The notes: generated from the sequence alone by a model not told the origin. Positions 8,661-18,523 are shown, counted from the stretch's first letter. The stretch is DNA of 46,868 nt from Candidatus Dormiibacterota bacterium (GCA_035947855.1 DASZJR010000147.1:1-46868); one strand, 5' to 3'. Made by a program: numbers and translations.

Positions 8661-10460
8661 CTAGCGGATGATCACAAAGAACCGTTCGCTCGCCCGGTCC
8701 GCCTGGCTGGACGCCGTGATGATCACGGCCTTGAACGGAGCCGCGTTCGCGCCCAGTGTACTGCTGGAGCTCAGGCCCGCCTGGGCTCCTAGTGGGGATT
8801 GACGGATGGCGGTCAACAGCCTCGCTAGGTCCAGATAGACGATGACTGAGGGCTTGGCCAGCGACGCCGCGCCTGCCGTCTTGTAGGTCGCATCCGTCGC
8901 AATGGTCGCTCCACCCTTGTGCGCATCGATGATCGCTTTGACTTCGGCCGGCGTTGAGGCGAGAATGCCCATCCCGTCGAGCGCGGCGTAGGAGGGAATG
9001 AAGGTTTCGCCCGCCCCGAGCTGACCGAGCAAGGGGGATGCCCAGGAGGTGATCACGACGCCGCGATACGTGCTCGTGGTCAGGTGGCTGGCCGGCGGCG
9101 TCACGGTGACACCGGACGGAGGGCCGAAGCTCGAACCCGCCGCCCCCTCCGCCAGCGCCAGCAGCCTGGCGAAGAACGCATTCATCGTGCGAGCGTCATC
9201 GGTTCCCAGCAGGATCGCGCCGGCGGGAAGACCGTTCTGGCCGAAGCTCACTTCCAGCCCAGCGTCGCCGGTCAGGTGGGGCAGGATGCCGGCCGGGCCC
9301 GTGAGGCCGATCGCGTCAGTGCTCGCTTTCACCGACGCCGTGTTGCCCGACTGGTCGAGCACGGTCTGGATCGTCTTGTTCAGGCTGGTGATGGAGAGAA
9401 ACGCATCGCTCGCCTTCGGCACCCAGTTGACCAGGGTGTCGGCCCGGCCGGCGTGCGCGAGCGCCTCACGGGTTGCCGGCGAGAGCTTCGATTGGTCGAG
9501 CTTGACCAGGACATCGGTCACGATGCCGTCGCCATTCGCCGAAAGCGTGGCCCCAATCCCCTGCAGTGCGTCGAGGTCGTTCACATTCTTCAGCGCCAGG
9601 CCGAGGGCGGGCGCTGTGGCCAGGTCCTTCTTCGCGTTGCCGACGATCGACTTGCCGTTGATGTACACGAGACCAAGCCGGTCGGAGGGTAACCCGGCGA
9701 GGGTCGCCTTGTAATCACTCGAGTCCACCAGGCGCGGCGCCCGTCCCTGGTCGGTGTCGATGATTTCGTGAATCAATGCGCTCGAGGTGGCGAGTACCAC
9801 GACGTGATCGACAACGCTGTAGGCACCGGTCTTTCCCGATGTGTCAGTTGGCGTCCCGACGGAGATCGTGATGCCGTTGTAGGTTTCATCCGTCCACCGG
9901 TAGTTTTTGGCCCATTTGCCCGCGCGCAGCTTCGCCAGCATGGCCCGCGCCTTGGTGTCGTCGCGGGATACCGCATAGAAGGCGGCCTGGGTGTCCGCTG
10001 TACTACCGGCCGCAGCACTCTTCAGGTTCAGCCTGACACTGGCACCAATTTCGGAACCGAGCCAGGGCTGGATATCACCGCTGAACGATAGGCCGGCATC
10101 CTTGAGGAGCACGTCGAGGTTGTCGGTGACGGCCTTGTCGGTCTTGTAATCAGGGAAGCTGTGCACGGCCCGCAGGAGGTTGACCTTCTGCGTCACCGAG
10201 GGATCGAGGTTCGCGATCGCGATCGCGTCCGCGGTCGCGGGCACCATCTTCTCGACGGCGGCGTTCGGTTTGACGAGTAGCAACACCGCTGCCGCGCTGA
10301 CGGCGCCGAGGGCAAGGACCGCCGCAGCCGGAATCAGCAGGCGTCGATGCCGGAGCAACCAGGGCTGAGGCGCCACCGCAGCAGCGACCGGCGCGGCCGG
10401 AGGGAGACCCTGCCCGGGATCGGGCTGGGGAGCCGGCGTCAGGTCGCCTTCGGTGCTCAT
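8661..10460 (-). CDS. membrane-anchored extracytoplasmic protein, DUF3352-like
   Basis: 599 aa with a Pro/Ala-rich N-terminus, then one TM helix (LLIPAAAVLALGAVSAAAVLLLV) and a large Ser/Thr/Ala-rich ectodomain. The DUF3352 assignment is from memory of that family's architecture. Confidence 0.7.
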   Translation of the reverse strand: MSTEGDLTPAPQPDPGQGLPPAAPVAAAVAPQPWLLRHRRLLIPAAAVLALGAVSAAAVLLLVKPNAAVEKMVPATADAIAIANLDPSVTQKVNLLRAVHSFPDYKTDKAVTDNLDVLLKDAGLSFSGDIQPWLGSEIGASVRLNLKSAAAGSTADTQAAFYAVSRDDTKARAMLAKLRAGKWAKNYRWTDETYNGITISVGTPTDTSGKTGAYSVVDHVVVLATSSALIHEIIDTDQGRAPRLVDSSDYKATLAGLPSDRLGLVYINGKSIVGNAKKDLATAPALGLALKNVNDLDALQGIGATLSANGDGIVTDVLVKLDQSKLSPATREALAHAGRADTLVNWVPKASDAFLSITSLNKTIQTVLDQSGNTASVKASTDAIGLTGPAGILPHLTGDAGLEVSFGQNGLPAGAILLGTDDARTMNAFFARLLALAEGAAGSSFGPPSGVTVTPPASHLTTSTYRGVVITSWASPLLGQLGAGETFIPSYAALDGMGILASTPAEVKAIIDAHKGGATIATDATYKTAGAASLAKPSVIVYLDLARLLTAIRQSPLGAQAGLSSSSTLGANAAPFKAVIITASSQADRASERFFVIIR

Positions 10461-10506
10461 CGGAGGGATGCCTCACAGCATCAACTCCCCCGATTCAGGC
10501 AACTTG

Positions 10507-11823
10507 TTAGCTGCGCGTGCTCGTTGCCAGGGCGTTGCCGAAATGCAACTTGGCGAGGGCCTGCATCTCGTCGGGCGAGAATCCCGTGCTCCGGCCGGAC
10601 TGGTATTGCCGCTCCACCTCGCGGTGGATGGCGACCACCCGCGGGTCGTCCTTGCGCACCTGGGAGGCGCCCTTCAGCCCTCGGGTGGTGTTGATCCAAT
10701 AGGCGATCCCGGCCAGCCCCGAACGGTCGTTGACGGTGATCCCGAGCGGCCGGTCGAGGATGCGCGCCGTGTCGAAGATGTTGTAGATCTCCTCGTTCTT
10801 CAGCAGGCCGTCGGCATGGATGCCGGCGCTGGTGACGTTGAAGCCGGCCCCAGCGAACGGATAGTTCGCCGGCAGCGGCGACCCGAGATGATCGCGGAAA
10901 TAGGCGGCGGCCCGGGTCATCGCCGTGGGATCGGCCCCGGGCGTCTCCCCGCGCAACCCGATGTGATCGATGACCAGTGCTTCGAGCGGGGGGTTGCCGG
11001 TCCGCTCGCCCAGGCCGAACATCGAACCATTTGCCGCCGCGCAGCCATAGAGCCAGGCGGCCACGGTGTTGACTTCGCCTCGGTGGAAATCGTTGTGGCC
11101 ATGCCATTCCAGATGCTCGGGCGAGACGCCGAGCGTGCCCGTGAAGAACTGCACCAGCCGGGGCACACCTCGCGGCAGGGACGCTTCCGGCCAGGGAAGC
11201 CCGAACCCCATCGTGTCGCAGAGCCGGAATTTGACGGGCACGCCGGCCCGCCGACCCAGCTCCTGCAGCGACGCGACCAGCGGCGCGACGAAGCCCTCCA
11301 GGTCGGCGCGGGTCAGGTCCTCGAGATGGCATCGCGGACGGAGGCCGGCATCGATCACGGACGCCACAACCCGCGCGTAATCCTCGGCCGCCTGCCGGCG
11401 CGTGCGGTTCATCTTCAGGTAGATGTGATAGTCGGAGGCGGACAGCAGGATGCCCGTTTCCTTGACGCCCGTTGTCCTGACGGCCTTGAGATCGTCGAGC
11501 GAGGCGCGCATCCAGGTCGTGACCTCGGGGCCCGGCCGCTGCTGGCAGGCCGCGATCGCTTCCCGATCGACGGGCGTGTAGGCGAAGAACTCGGTCTGAC
11601 GGATCAGTGGCCCACCCAGCTGCTGCAGCAGGTCGTAGAGGTGGATGATCTGCTCGACGGTGTACGGAGCGCGCGCCTGCTGGCCGTCGCGAAACGTCGT
11701 ATCCGTGATCCAAATGTCAGCAGGTATCGCCTGCGGGACGCCATCCGCCTCAAAGCGGATCGGCGGGATGCGGCTGTAGGGAAAGTCCTCGCGCAGCAGA
11801 TTGGGCTCGGCGCGATCCAGCAC
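10507..11823 (-). CDS. HMGL-like (pyruvate carboxyltransferase) enzyme of the homocitrate / isopropylmalate / Re-citrate synthase family, without a LeuA regulatory domain
   Basis: ITDTTFRDGQQA substrate motif and HGHNDFH metal motif. 438 aa, GTG start. Confidence 0.85.
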   Translation of the reverse strand: MLDRAEPNLLREDFPYSRIPPIRFEADGVPQAIPADIWITDTTFRDGQQARAPYTVEQIIHLYDLLQQLGGPLIRQTEFFAYTPVDREAIAACQQRPGPEVTTWMRASLDDLKAVRTTGVKETGILLSASDYHIYLKMNRTRRQAAEDYARVVASVIDAGLRPRCHLEDLTRADLEGFVAPLVASLQELGRRAGVPVKFRLCDTMGFGLPWPEASLPRGVPRLVQFFTGTLGVSPEHLEWHGHNDFHRGEVNTVAAWLYGCAAANGSMFGLGERTGNPPLEALVIDHIGLRGETPGADPTAMTRAAAYFRDHLGSPLPANYPFAGAGFNVTSAGIHADGLLKNEEIYNIFDTARILDRPLGITVNDRSGLAGIAYWINTTRGLKGASQVRKDDPRVVAIHREVERQYQSGRSTGFSPDEMQALAKLHFGNALATSTRS

Positions 11824-11896
11824 CCCTCAATTGTATGCATATGTTGATTTGCATTGCAATCTATTGACTGCAACGATCAACTCACGTACGCTTGAG
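11824..11896. promoter_or_regulatory. divergent promoter/operator region (AT-richer, several TTGCA/TGCAA half-sites)
   Basis: TTGCA-T-TGCAA dyad at 11849-11859. Outer dyad ttgatttgca (11844-11853) / tgcaacgatcaa (11869-11880). TACAAT on the minus strand at 11835-11830, only 6 nt from the GTG at 11823. TTGACT (11864-11869)-N17-TACGCT, 4 nt before the ATG at 11897. Confidence 0.45.
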
Positions 11897-12139
11897 ATGA
11901 ACGTGATCGAGGTCCACGGGGAGCCCTACTTGAGCGCCACCGAGGCGTGCGAACTGCTGGGCGTGAAGCCGGCAACGCTCTACGCCTACGTCAGCCGGGG
12001 GGTCTTACAGAGTTACCGCCAGGGCATCAAGCGCGCGCGCCTCTACCGGAGTGCCGACCTGCAGCGGGTCCTGCACCTGCGCCCGAGCAGGGGACACCGA
12101 GCCCTCCCCCAGTCGGCCGACTGGATGGGCGACCCTTAG
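11897..12139 (+). CDS. excisionase/MerR-superfamily helix-turn-helix (HTH_17-like) DNA-binding protein
   Basis: Track ORF trimmed to MNVIEVHGEPYLSATEACELLGVKPATLYAYVSRGVLQSYRQGIKRARLYRSADLQRVL, the typical excisionase-type HTH pattern. Confidence 0.7.
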   Translation: MNVIEVHGEPYLSATEACELLGVKPATLYAYVSRGVLQSYRQGIKRARLYRSADLQRVLHLRPSRGHRALPQSADWMGDP

Positions 12140-12282
12140 ACGGTCACCAGGTGCGTCGCGCCGCAGATGCGGCACTTCTCTTCGCGCTGACCGCCCTGCG
12201 TCTCCCCCGTGGCCTTCCACGGCCATCCTGACTTCTTGACGTGGCAAATGCACGGCTTGTCCTTCGCTGCTGACTCTCCCAT
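12136..12282 (-). CDS. 48-aa Cys4 (CxC...CxxC) zinc-ribbon-like mini-protein
   Basis: Too short for the ORF track. Reverse strand reads aaGGAAAAGGGGAGagccc-ATG, then MGESAAKDKPCICHVKKSGWPWKATGETQGGQREEKCRICGATHLVTV*. G/C-rich third positions and an SD-like GGGGAG. Confidence 0.5.
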   Translation of the reverse strand: MGESAAKDKPCICHVKKSGWPWKATGETQGGQREEKCRICGATHLVTV

Positions 12283-12582
12283 GGGCTCTCCCCTTTTCCT
12301 TTGTGTGCGGGCCAGCGTCCCGCGCCTGCCCGACTATGCGGCATTTCGGTGACGCCATCAAGCTCTGCAGGGCGGGTGCCGACCGGGCCACGGGGAGTCT
12401 GGCCGCTTTAGGAGCGCCTCTGATCAAGTTGCCCCAACTCAGACACGCAGTCCTCGCGGTTGCGACGATTGGCTTTTTCCTGCTTGCCGTCTTCTTTGTG
12501 CCACTTGCACTCGCCGGTTGTTTCTCGCTTGTGTCGTTGGTCAGTTCGACCAGGGCCACTGGTTCTTGGTTCTGACGGCTCG

Positions 12583-12774
12583 CTACCGAAACGTGCTGTA
12601 CTCGATCTCCTTCTTGCGCTCGAACGCTTCCTCGCGAGTATTGAACGTCTGGAAATGGCCGCGGCCGTGCAGCACGTAGATGCCGTCGACGTCGTCACGA
12701 GTGACGCGAATATCAGGGAGATCGATGTTGTAGACCTGGCCCGAATCGGTCGCGCGGAGACGGGGGGCTGCCAT
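12583..12774 (-). CDS. 63-aa hypothetical protein downstream of fbaB
   Basis: C-terminal in-frame part of the spurious track ORF 12583..13800. ATG at 12774 gives MAAPRLRATDSGQVYNIDLPDIRVTRDDVDGIYVLHGRGHFQTFNTREEAFERKKEIEYSTFR. High GC3. Confidence 0.55.
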   Translation of the reverse strand: MAAPRLRATDSGQVYNIDLPDIRVTRDDVDGIYVLHGRGHFQTFNTREEAFERKKEIEYSTFR

Positions 12775-12803
12775 GCGCGGATTGTATCGCCGCCACCGGC
12801 CGG

Positions 12804-13880
<1,077 letters not shown>

Positions 13881-13982
13881 CTCCTCCTCCTTCTGGCGAG
13901 GTGTTCTTCAGTTTAGGCCTTGCCGCGCTCCGAAACTGGCAAGGGCCACGACGAAAGTCACGCAGCCTACAATGGCGAGTCG

Positions 13983-14327
13983 ATGAGCCTGGTCGACTGG
14001 TCAATCATCATCATGGGGGGCTGGACGGTGGCCATGATCGCCACCGGGTTGGTGATGGCGCTGCGCCCCGGGGCCGGCGAACTGCAGTACGACGCGCCGC
14101 TGGCCGAACCGCTCGTGCTACGGCAGGCCGCGGGCGTGATGCCGCGTCGGGCCTGGGGTTTTCGCCCAGCAGTCCACCACTCCCAGTACGACCCTGCGCC
14201 CTGGCAGGTGGAGCCGCCGCGACCCGACCAGCACAGCTTCGACATCGTGGAGCGCGCGACCGACATCAAGCGCGAGCTTGGCAGTGAGCACCCGCCCTGG
14301 GAGCGCCTCGACCGCCAGGGTCTCTAG
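13983..14327 (+). CDS. hypothetical small membrane protein
   Basis: Track ORF trimmed to MSLVDWSIIIMGGWTVAMIATGLVMAL (one TM helix). High GC3. Confidence 0.55.
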   Translation: MSLVDWSIIIMGGWTVAMIATGLVMALRPGAGELQYDAPLAEPLVLRQAAGVMPRRAWGFRPAVHHSQYDPAPWQVEPPRPDQHSFDIVERATDIKRELGSEHPPWERLDRQGL

Positions 14328-14330
14328 CGC

Positions 14331-14657
14331 CTACTCGCCGAGTTCGCGGCTGACCCGGTCGAGAACATCCAGCATTCGCCGCGAGGTGGCGTGCAGGCTC
14401 TCCTGGAGCAGGGTCAACGCATGGTGCGCATCGGCGAGGACATCGGCTTCGCCGGTGAGGTCATTCGGCGTCTCGGCAAAGCGCGGCAGCACGTCCTCGA
14501 AGAGCAGCTGGAAGCGCTGCTCCGCCAGCGCCAGGCAGGTCGCCAGGGTGACGATCTGGTCCTCCACCTGCGGATCGAGGCCGCGGAGGGCCCGCCAGGC
14601 GGGCTCGGGAACCGCGCTGCTGCTCGGTGGCGATGCCCCTGCCATCTCGACCATCAT
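14331..14657 (-). CDS. hypothetical helical protein (108 aa)
   Basis: 3' portion of track ORF 14331..15185 from MMVEMAGAS. High GC3. The upstream remainder of that ORF is antisense to the alpha/beta hydrolase gene. Confidence 0.5.
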   Translation of the reverse strand: MMVEMAGASPPSSSAVPEPAWRALRGLDPQVEDQIVTLATCLALAEQRFQLLFEDVLPRFAETPNDLTGEADVLADAHHALTLLQESLHATSRRMLDVLDRVSRELGE

Positions 14658-14696
14658 GCTACACGCGGAAAATCCCGCGACCCTGACGTCCGCGGA

Positions 14697-15470
14697 ATGA
14701 TCGCCACCGCCGCCGACGGGACGCGCCTGCATTACATCGTCGAGGGGAATGGCCCGCCGCTGGTGCTGGTCGGCGGACGGACCTCGACCATCGACGGGGC
14801 ATGGTGGCGCTACATTCCGGCGCTGAAGCGGCGCTTCAAAGTGATCGCGCTCGACAATCGCGGCAGCGGGGCTTCCGACAAACCGGACACGCCGTACAGC
14901 ACCGGGTTGATGGCAGAGGACGCGCTGACGGTGCTCCGCGATGCCGGCGAAACGTCGGCGCATTGGTTTGGGCTCTCGATGGGCGGGATGATTTTGCAGC
15001 AGCTCGCCATCGCGCATCCCGACGCCGCGCGCAGCCTGATCCTGGGTGCGACCCACTGCGGTGGCGAGCGCGCTCCGGTGGGCGACGCGCCGGCGGTTGA
15101 GGGCCCGCTGCGCCGCTATGCCAATCTCTACGACGCGCGCTTCATCGCCGAACATCCCAACTGGGTCCAGGAAGACGCGACGCATTTCGGCAAGATGCCG
15201 CTACACGCCATCGTTCGCCAGGACCAGGCGGTCAAGCGACACGACCTCTGCGACCGGCTGAGTGAAATCCGCCAACCGGTATTGATCATCCAGGGGCGGC
15301 AGGACCGTATGGTGCCGCTCGCCCGCGCCGAAGAGCTGCAGCGCGGGCTGCCGAACGCCCGGCTGCAAGTACTGGACCCTGGCGGCCACCAGGTTCACTC
15401 TGAGCAATTCTCGACCGTGCTGCGCCTCGTGGAGGACTTCGTCGAGGAGGTCGAGCGGCAGCGAGCTTAG
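14697..15470 (+). CDS. alpha/beta-fold hydrolase
   Basis: Track ORF trimmed to MIATAADGTRLHY. Nucleophile elbow GLSMGG, typical HG-region LVLVGG, and a C-terminal His (GGHQVH). Confidence 0.85.
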   Translation: MIATAADGTRLHYIVEGNGPPLVLVGGRTSTIDGAWWRYIPALKRRFKVIALDNRGSGASDKPDTPYSTGLMAEDALTVLRDAGETSAHWFGLSMGGMILQQLAIAHPDAARSLILGATHCGGERAPVGDAPAVEGPLRRYANLYDARFIAEHPNWVQEDATHFGKMPLHAIVRQDQAVKRHDLCDRLSEIRQPVLIIQGRQDRMVPLARAEELQRGLPNARLQVLDPGGHQVHSEQFSTVLRLVEDFVEEVERQRA

Positions 15471-16435
15471 GCGGCCCTCCAGGTCACCAGCTCGCGGCTG
15501 ACCTGCTTGTGCAGCCGGCCCTCGACCGCCAGCGATTGACAGTGCGCCAGCGTCTCCTGCAGGGCAAGGCGCTGCTGGAAGACGTTGCGCTGCATGATGC
15601 CCTGGAACAAGTCCGCCGCCAGCTGCCAGCCTGATTTCGGAGCGCCGGTGGCAAGGCGGACCAGCGCCGCCTTACGCGCCTCATGGTGCTCGACGATTTC
15701 CTTGATGCGGCTGCGGTGATCAAAAAAGGGATCGCCATGCGCGGGCAGAACGGTTTCAACGTCGAGGCGGCGGACGCGTTCCAGCGACGCGATGTAATCG
15801 TCAAGCGGGTCCGCGCCGGATTGTGGGTGTAAGCCGATGTTGGGGCTGATCTTCGGCAACAAATGATCGCCCGACAAGAGCACGCCGCGCGCCGGCCAGT
15901 AGAAACAACAGTGGCCCGGCGAATGTCCCGGTGTCCAGATGACTTCGATCTCGCTATCGTCGATGGGCAGACGCTCCGCACCCTCTAGCAAGGTGTCCGG
16001 TTCAACGACCGACACGTATTCTCGGGCGCCCATCGATGCACTCTTGACGAACTCCGCGTCCTCCTCAGGGACTCCGTTCATGCTCAGCCATTTGCCGACG
16101 TCATACACCAGGTCCTCGGCGCGCGCATAGCGAGGTTCCATCAGCGCCACTTCCAAGCGATGAATGATGAGCTCGGCGCCGGATCGATCCCGCAGCTCCC
16201 CGGCAAGGCCGAAGTGATCCGGGTGGATGTGTGTGATCAAAATGCGATTGATCCGCCGGACAGGGACTTTTAGTTCGGCCAGCTTCTGGTTCAGGGCCGC
16301 TCGGGATTCATCGGTCTGTAGCCCCGTGTCGATCAGCGTAAAGGCGTCGCCGTCGCGCAATAAATAAACGTTCACGTGCTTCAGCTCGAACGGCATGGGG
16401 AGTTCTAGCCGAAAAATGCCGGGCGCGACTTCCAC
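15467..16435 (-). CDS. MBL-fold metallo-hydrolase
   Basis: ILITHIHPDHFGLAG (HxHxDH) plus TPGHSPGH. Confidence 0.9.
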   Translation of the reverse strand: MEVAPGIFRLELPMPFELKHVNVYLLRDGDAFTLIDTGLQTDESRAALNQKLAELKVPVRRINRILITHIHPDHFGLAGELRDRSGAELIIHRLEVALMEPRYARAEDLVYDVGKWLSMNGVPEEDAEFVKSASMGAREYVSVVEPDTLLEGAERLPIDDSEIEVIWTPGHSPGHCCFYWPARGVLLSGDHLLPKISPNIGLHPQSGADPLDDYIASLERVRRLDVETVLPAHGDPFFDHRSRIKEIVEHHEARKAALVRLATGAPKSGWQLAADLFQGIMQRNVFQQRLALQETLAHCQSLAVEGRLHKQVSRELVTWRAA

Positions 16436-16456
16436 TGAACGGTAACGGTACTCGAC

Positions 16457-17710
16457 TCAGGCGGCGGTTTGGACGGGCTCGTCCGGCCGGTTGGGCACCA
16501 GCTTCTGCCCCTGGTCCTTGGTCGGCAGTGGCAGATGCACCGTGTCGGTTGCGATCAGGTCGAGGAAGGCGTCGACCACGCGCGGGTCGAAGTGGCTCCC
16601 GCGACCGGCTTTGATCTCTTCGAGTGCCTTGTTGAGGCCAAGGGACGGCCGGTAGATCCGGTCGGCCACCATCGCCTCGAAGGCATCGGCGACCGAGATG
16701 ATGCGCGACCCCAGCGGAATGTCCTCGCCCTTGAGGCCCTTGGGGTAGCCGGTGCCGTCAAATTTTTCGTGGTGGTGCCGAATGAGTGGGGCGACATGGT
16801 GCAGGCCCTCGACCGGACCGATGATGTCGGCGCCGATCTGCGGATGACGCCGCATCCACGCCATTTCGTCTTCGGTGAGCGCCATCGATTGCCGGAGGAT
16901 CCGGTCCGGGATTCCGATCTTGCCGACGTCATGGAGAATCGCGCCCAGGCGGACCGCGGCCGCCTCGTCGCGCGACAGACCCATCCGCTCAGCGCAGGCA
17001 CCCGCCAGCTTGGCCAGCCGCTCCGAGTGTCCACGGGTGTAGCTGTCTTTCGCCTCGATGGCGTTGGCCAGCGCCATGTTGACCTCGGTCATCAGCTTGG
17101 CCTCAACGTCACGACGGGTCACGAGCTCCTGGTGGGCCGATACAGCGCGCGCCATCACCGAGCCGACCACGGCGACGACCACGAAGAGGAATAGCCGTTG
17201 CAGGATGATCGATCGCTCGTCCGAGACGGTGGCGAGGTATGTGCCGTTCTGCAGCGGTGCGACGGCGCCCGCGGTCAGGTAGAGCACGGCGACCAGCAAC
17301 GCGCAGAGCACGGAGCCGCCGGCCCCGAACCGCAGCGCGGACACCGTGATGACGAGGAAGAAGAGCACGGCGAAGGGGCTCTGGTAGCCGCCGGAGGCGT
17401 AGGTGATCATCGTCGCCACCAGCATGTCGACCGCGGTCGTCGTGTAGCTGAAGGCTCGCCCCGGACGTTGATGCAAGAAGAGCAGCAACACCGTGCTCAG
17501 GCATACGACGCCCCAGGCTGCGAGGATGGCGTTGATCCGGCCCTGGTCGTAGCCGGGTGCCGGGTTGAGGTTGTTGAGGATGACGGCGAAGATCAGCAGC
17601 GTCCAGCGAAAGAGTCCGGTGAGCCGCTCATTGCTGAGGTTGATCAGACTCTCGGCCGGGTCCTGGGAGCGCTGCCGGCCCTTGCGCGACGCATTGCGGG
17701 CGGCGGCCAT
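16457..17710 (-). CDS. membrane-bound HD-GYP domain phosphodiesterase (cyclic-di-GMP type)
   Basis: Multi-TM N-terminal half. HSERLAKLA...ILHDVGKIGIP...HHEKFDGTGYPKGLKGEDIPLGSRIISVADAFEAM. Confidence 0.9.
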   Translation of the reverse strand: MAAARNASRKGRQRSQDPAESLINLSNERLTGLFRWTLLIFAVILNNLNPAPGYDQGRINAILAAWGVVCLSTVLLLFLHQRPGRAFSYTTTAVDMLVATMITYASGGYQSPFAVLFFLVITVSALRFGAGGSVLCALLVAVLYLTAGAVAPLQNGTYLATVSDERSIILQRLFLFVVVAVVGSVMARAVSAHQELVTRRDVEAKLMTEVNMALANAIEAKDSYTRGHSERLAKLAGACAERMGLSRDEAAAVRLGAILHDVGKIGIPDRILRQSMALTEDEMAWMRRHPQIGADIIGPVEGLHHVAPLIRHHHEKFDGTGYPKGLKGEDIPLGSRIISVADAFEAMVADRIYRPSLGLNKALEEIKAGRGSHFDPRVVDAFLDLIATDTVHLPLPTKDQGQKLVPNRPDEPVQTAA

Positions 17711-17785
17711 TGCCGAAATTATCAGGCCGCTCTGTGACGGAGAGCGTTACAAACCGGTCGCATTCCATGGCGCGGTCTGACCAAC

Positions 17786-18469
17786 CTAGGCCGGGAGGCG
17801 CACGCCCAGAAAATCCGACAGCACCTGCCTGACGTCCTGGAAGCGGAGGAAGGCGGTGTCGGCCTCGGCCAGGGCTCGATCAACCGCGTCAAACGCATCC
17901 CTCAGCGGACCCGCCAACCCGGTGGTATTGACCTGCGCCCGCTCGACGTGCGCCGCCCGCAGTTGCTGGCCGATCGCCTGTGTCGACGCGCTGTAGTCCC
18001 GGGCGAGGCCCTGCGCCTGCTGAAGCAGGGTCTGGAGGTCGTCCGGGGTAAGCGTCCGTCCGGCATATTGTTGCTTCAGCCTCGCAACCTGGATCGCCAC
18101 GGCGGCGGCACCCTGTCCAGCCCGGCTCATATCGGCGCCGATCGCCGCCAGGTGCGCAGTCGCATCGAGGTTGCGTCCCGCCGCTGGGACCACGCTCGCC
18201 GCATGCAACGCCGGGTCAGTGCGGGCTCGTCGACCGGCGTCACTGAAGTCGCGCTCAGCCTGCACGAGCTGGTCTGCTGCGACCCGCAGTTGCGCCGGAT
18301 CGGCGGACTGGACGGCCGCGCTCATGCCCCCCTGGGCTGCCACCAGTTCCTGTCGGCCACTGTCGAGGTGCTGGTAGACAGCGCTGCCGGCGTAGCCTGT
18401 GTAACCCACCACCGCCAGCACCGCCAGCACGATGACCGCGATCACCGCGCCGCGGCCGTAGGCCTTCAT
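17786..18469 (-). CDS. membrane-anchored alpha-helical hypothetical protein
   Basis: N-terminal TM helix (AVIAVIVLAVLAVVGYTGYAG), then an Ala/Gln-rich helical region. Resembles the N-terminal part of DUF4012-type proteins (weak). Confidence 0.6.
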   Translation of the reverse strand: MKAYGRGAVIAVIVLAVLAVVGYTGYAGSAVYQHLDSGRQELVAAQGGMSAAVQSADPAQLRVAADQLVQAERDFSDAGRRARTDPALHAASVVPAAGRNLDATAHLAAIGADMSRAGQGAAAVAIQVARLKQQYAGRTLTPDDLQTLLQQAQGLARDYSASTQAIGQQLRAAHVERAQVNTTGLAGPLRDAFDAVDRALAEADTAFLRFQDVRQVLSDFLGVRLPA

Positions 18470-18470
18470 A

Positions 18471-18514
18471 CCCCCACCCTAACCTTCTCCCGCGAGCAGG
18501 GGATGGAAAATTCC
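18471..18514 (+). repeat. REP-like hairpin element, copy D (degenerate)
   Basis: cccccaccctaaccttctcccgcgagcaggggatggaaaattcc aligns over its full length with copies A, B and E. Confidence 0.6.
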
Positions 18515-18523
18515 TCAGGTTGC

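Noticed and set aside
12095-12135. Sixth REP-like copy at the 3' end of the HTH gene (ccctcccccagtcggccgactggatggg)
   Set aside because: It shares only the CCCTCCCCC run. It lacks the CCCCAC left flank, the GCGGGGGAGGG arm and the AAATTC tail, so it is probably coincidental coding sequence.
12400-12470. TPP-riboswitch-like fragments on the minus strand (CTGAG...ACTTGATC)
   Set aside because: Only loose resemblance to the CUGAGA / ACCUGAUCUGG core. The pyrimidine-sensor helix and GCCAGCG-type elements are missing, and there is no thiamine gene downstream. It needs Infernal to exclude formally.
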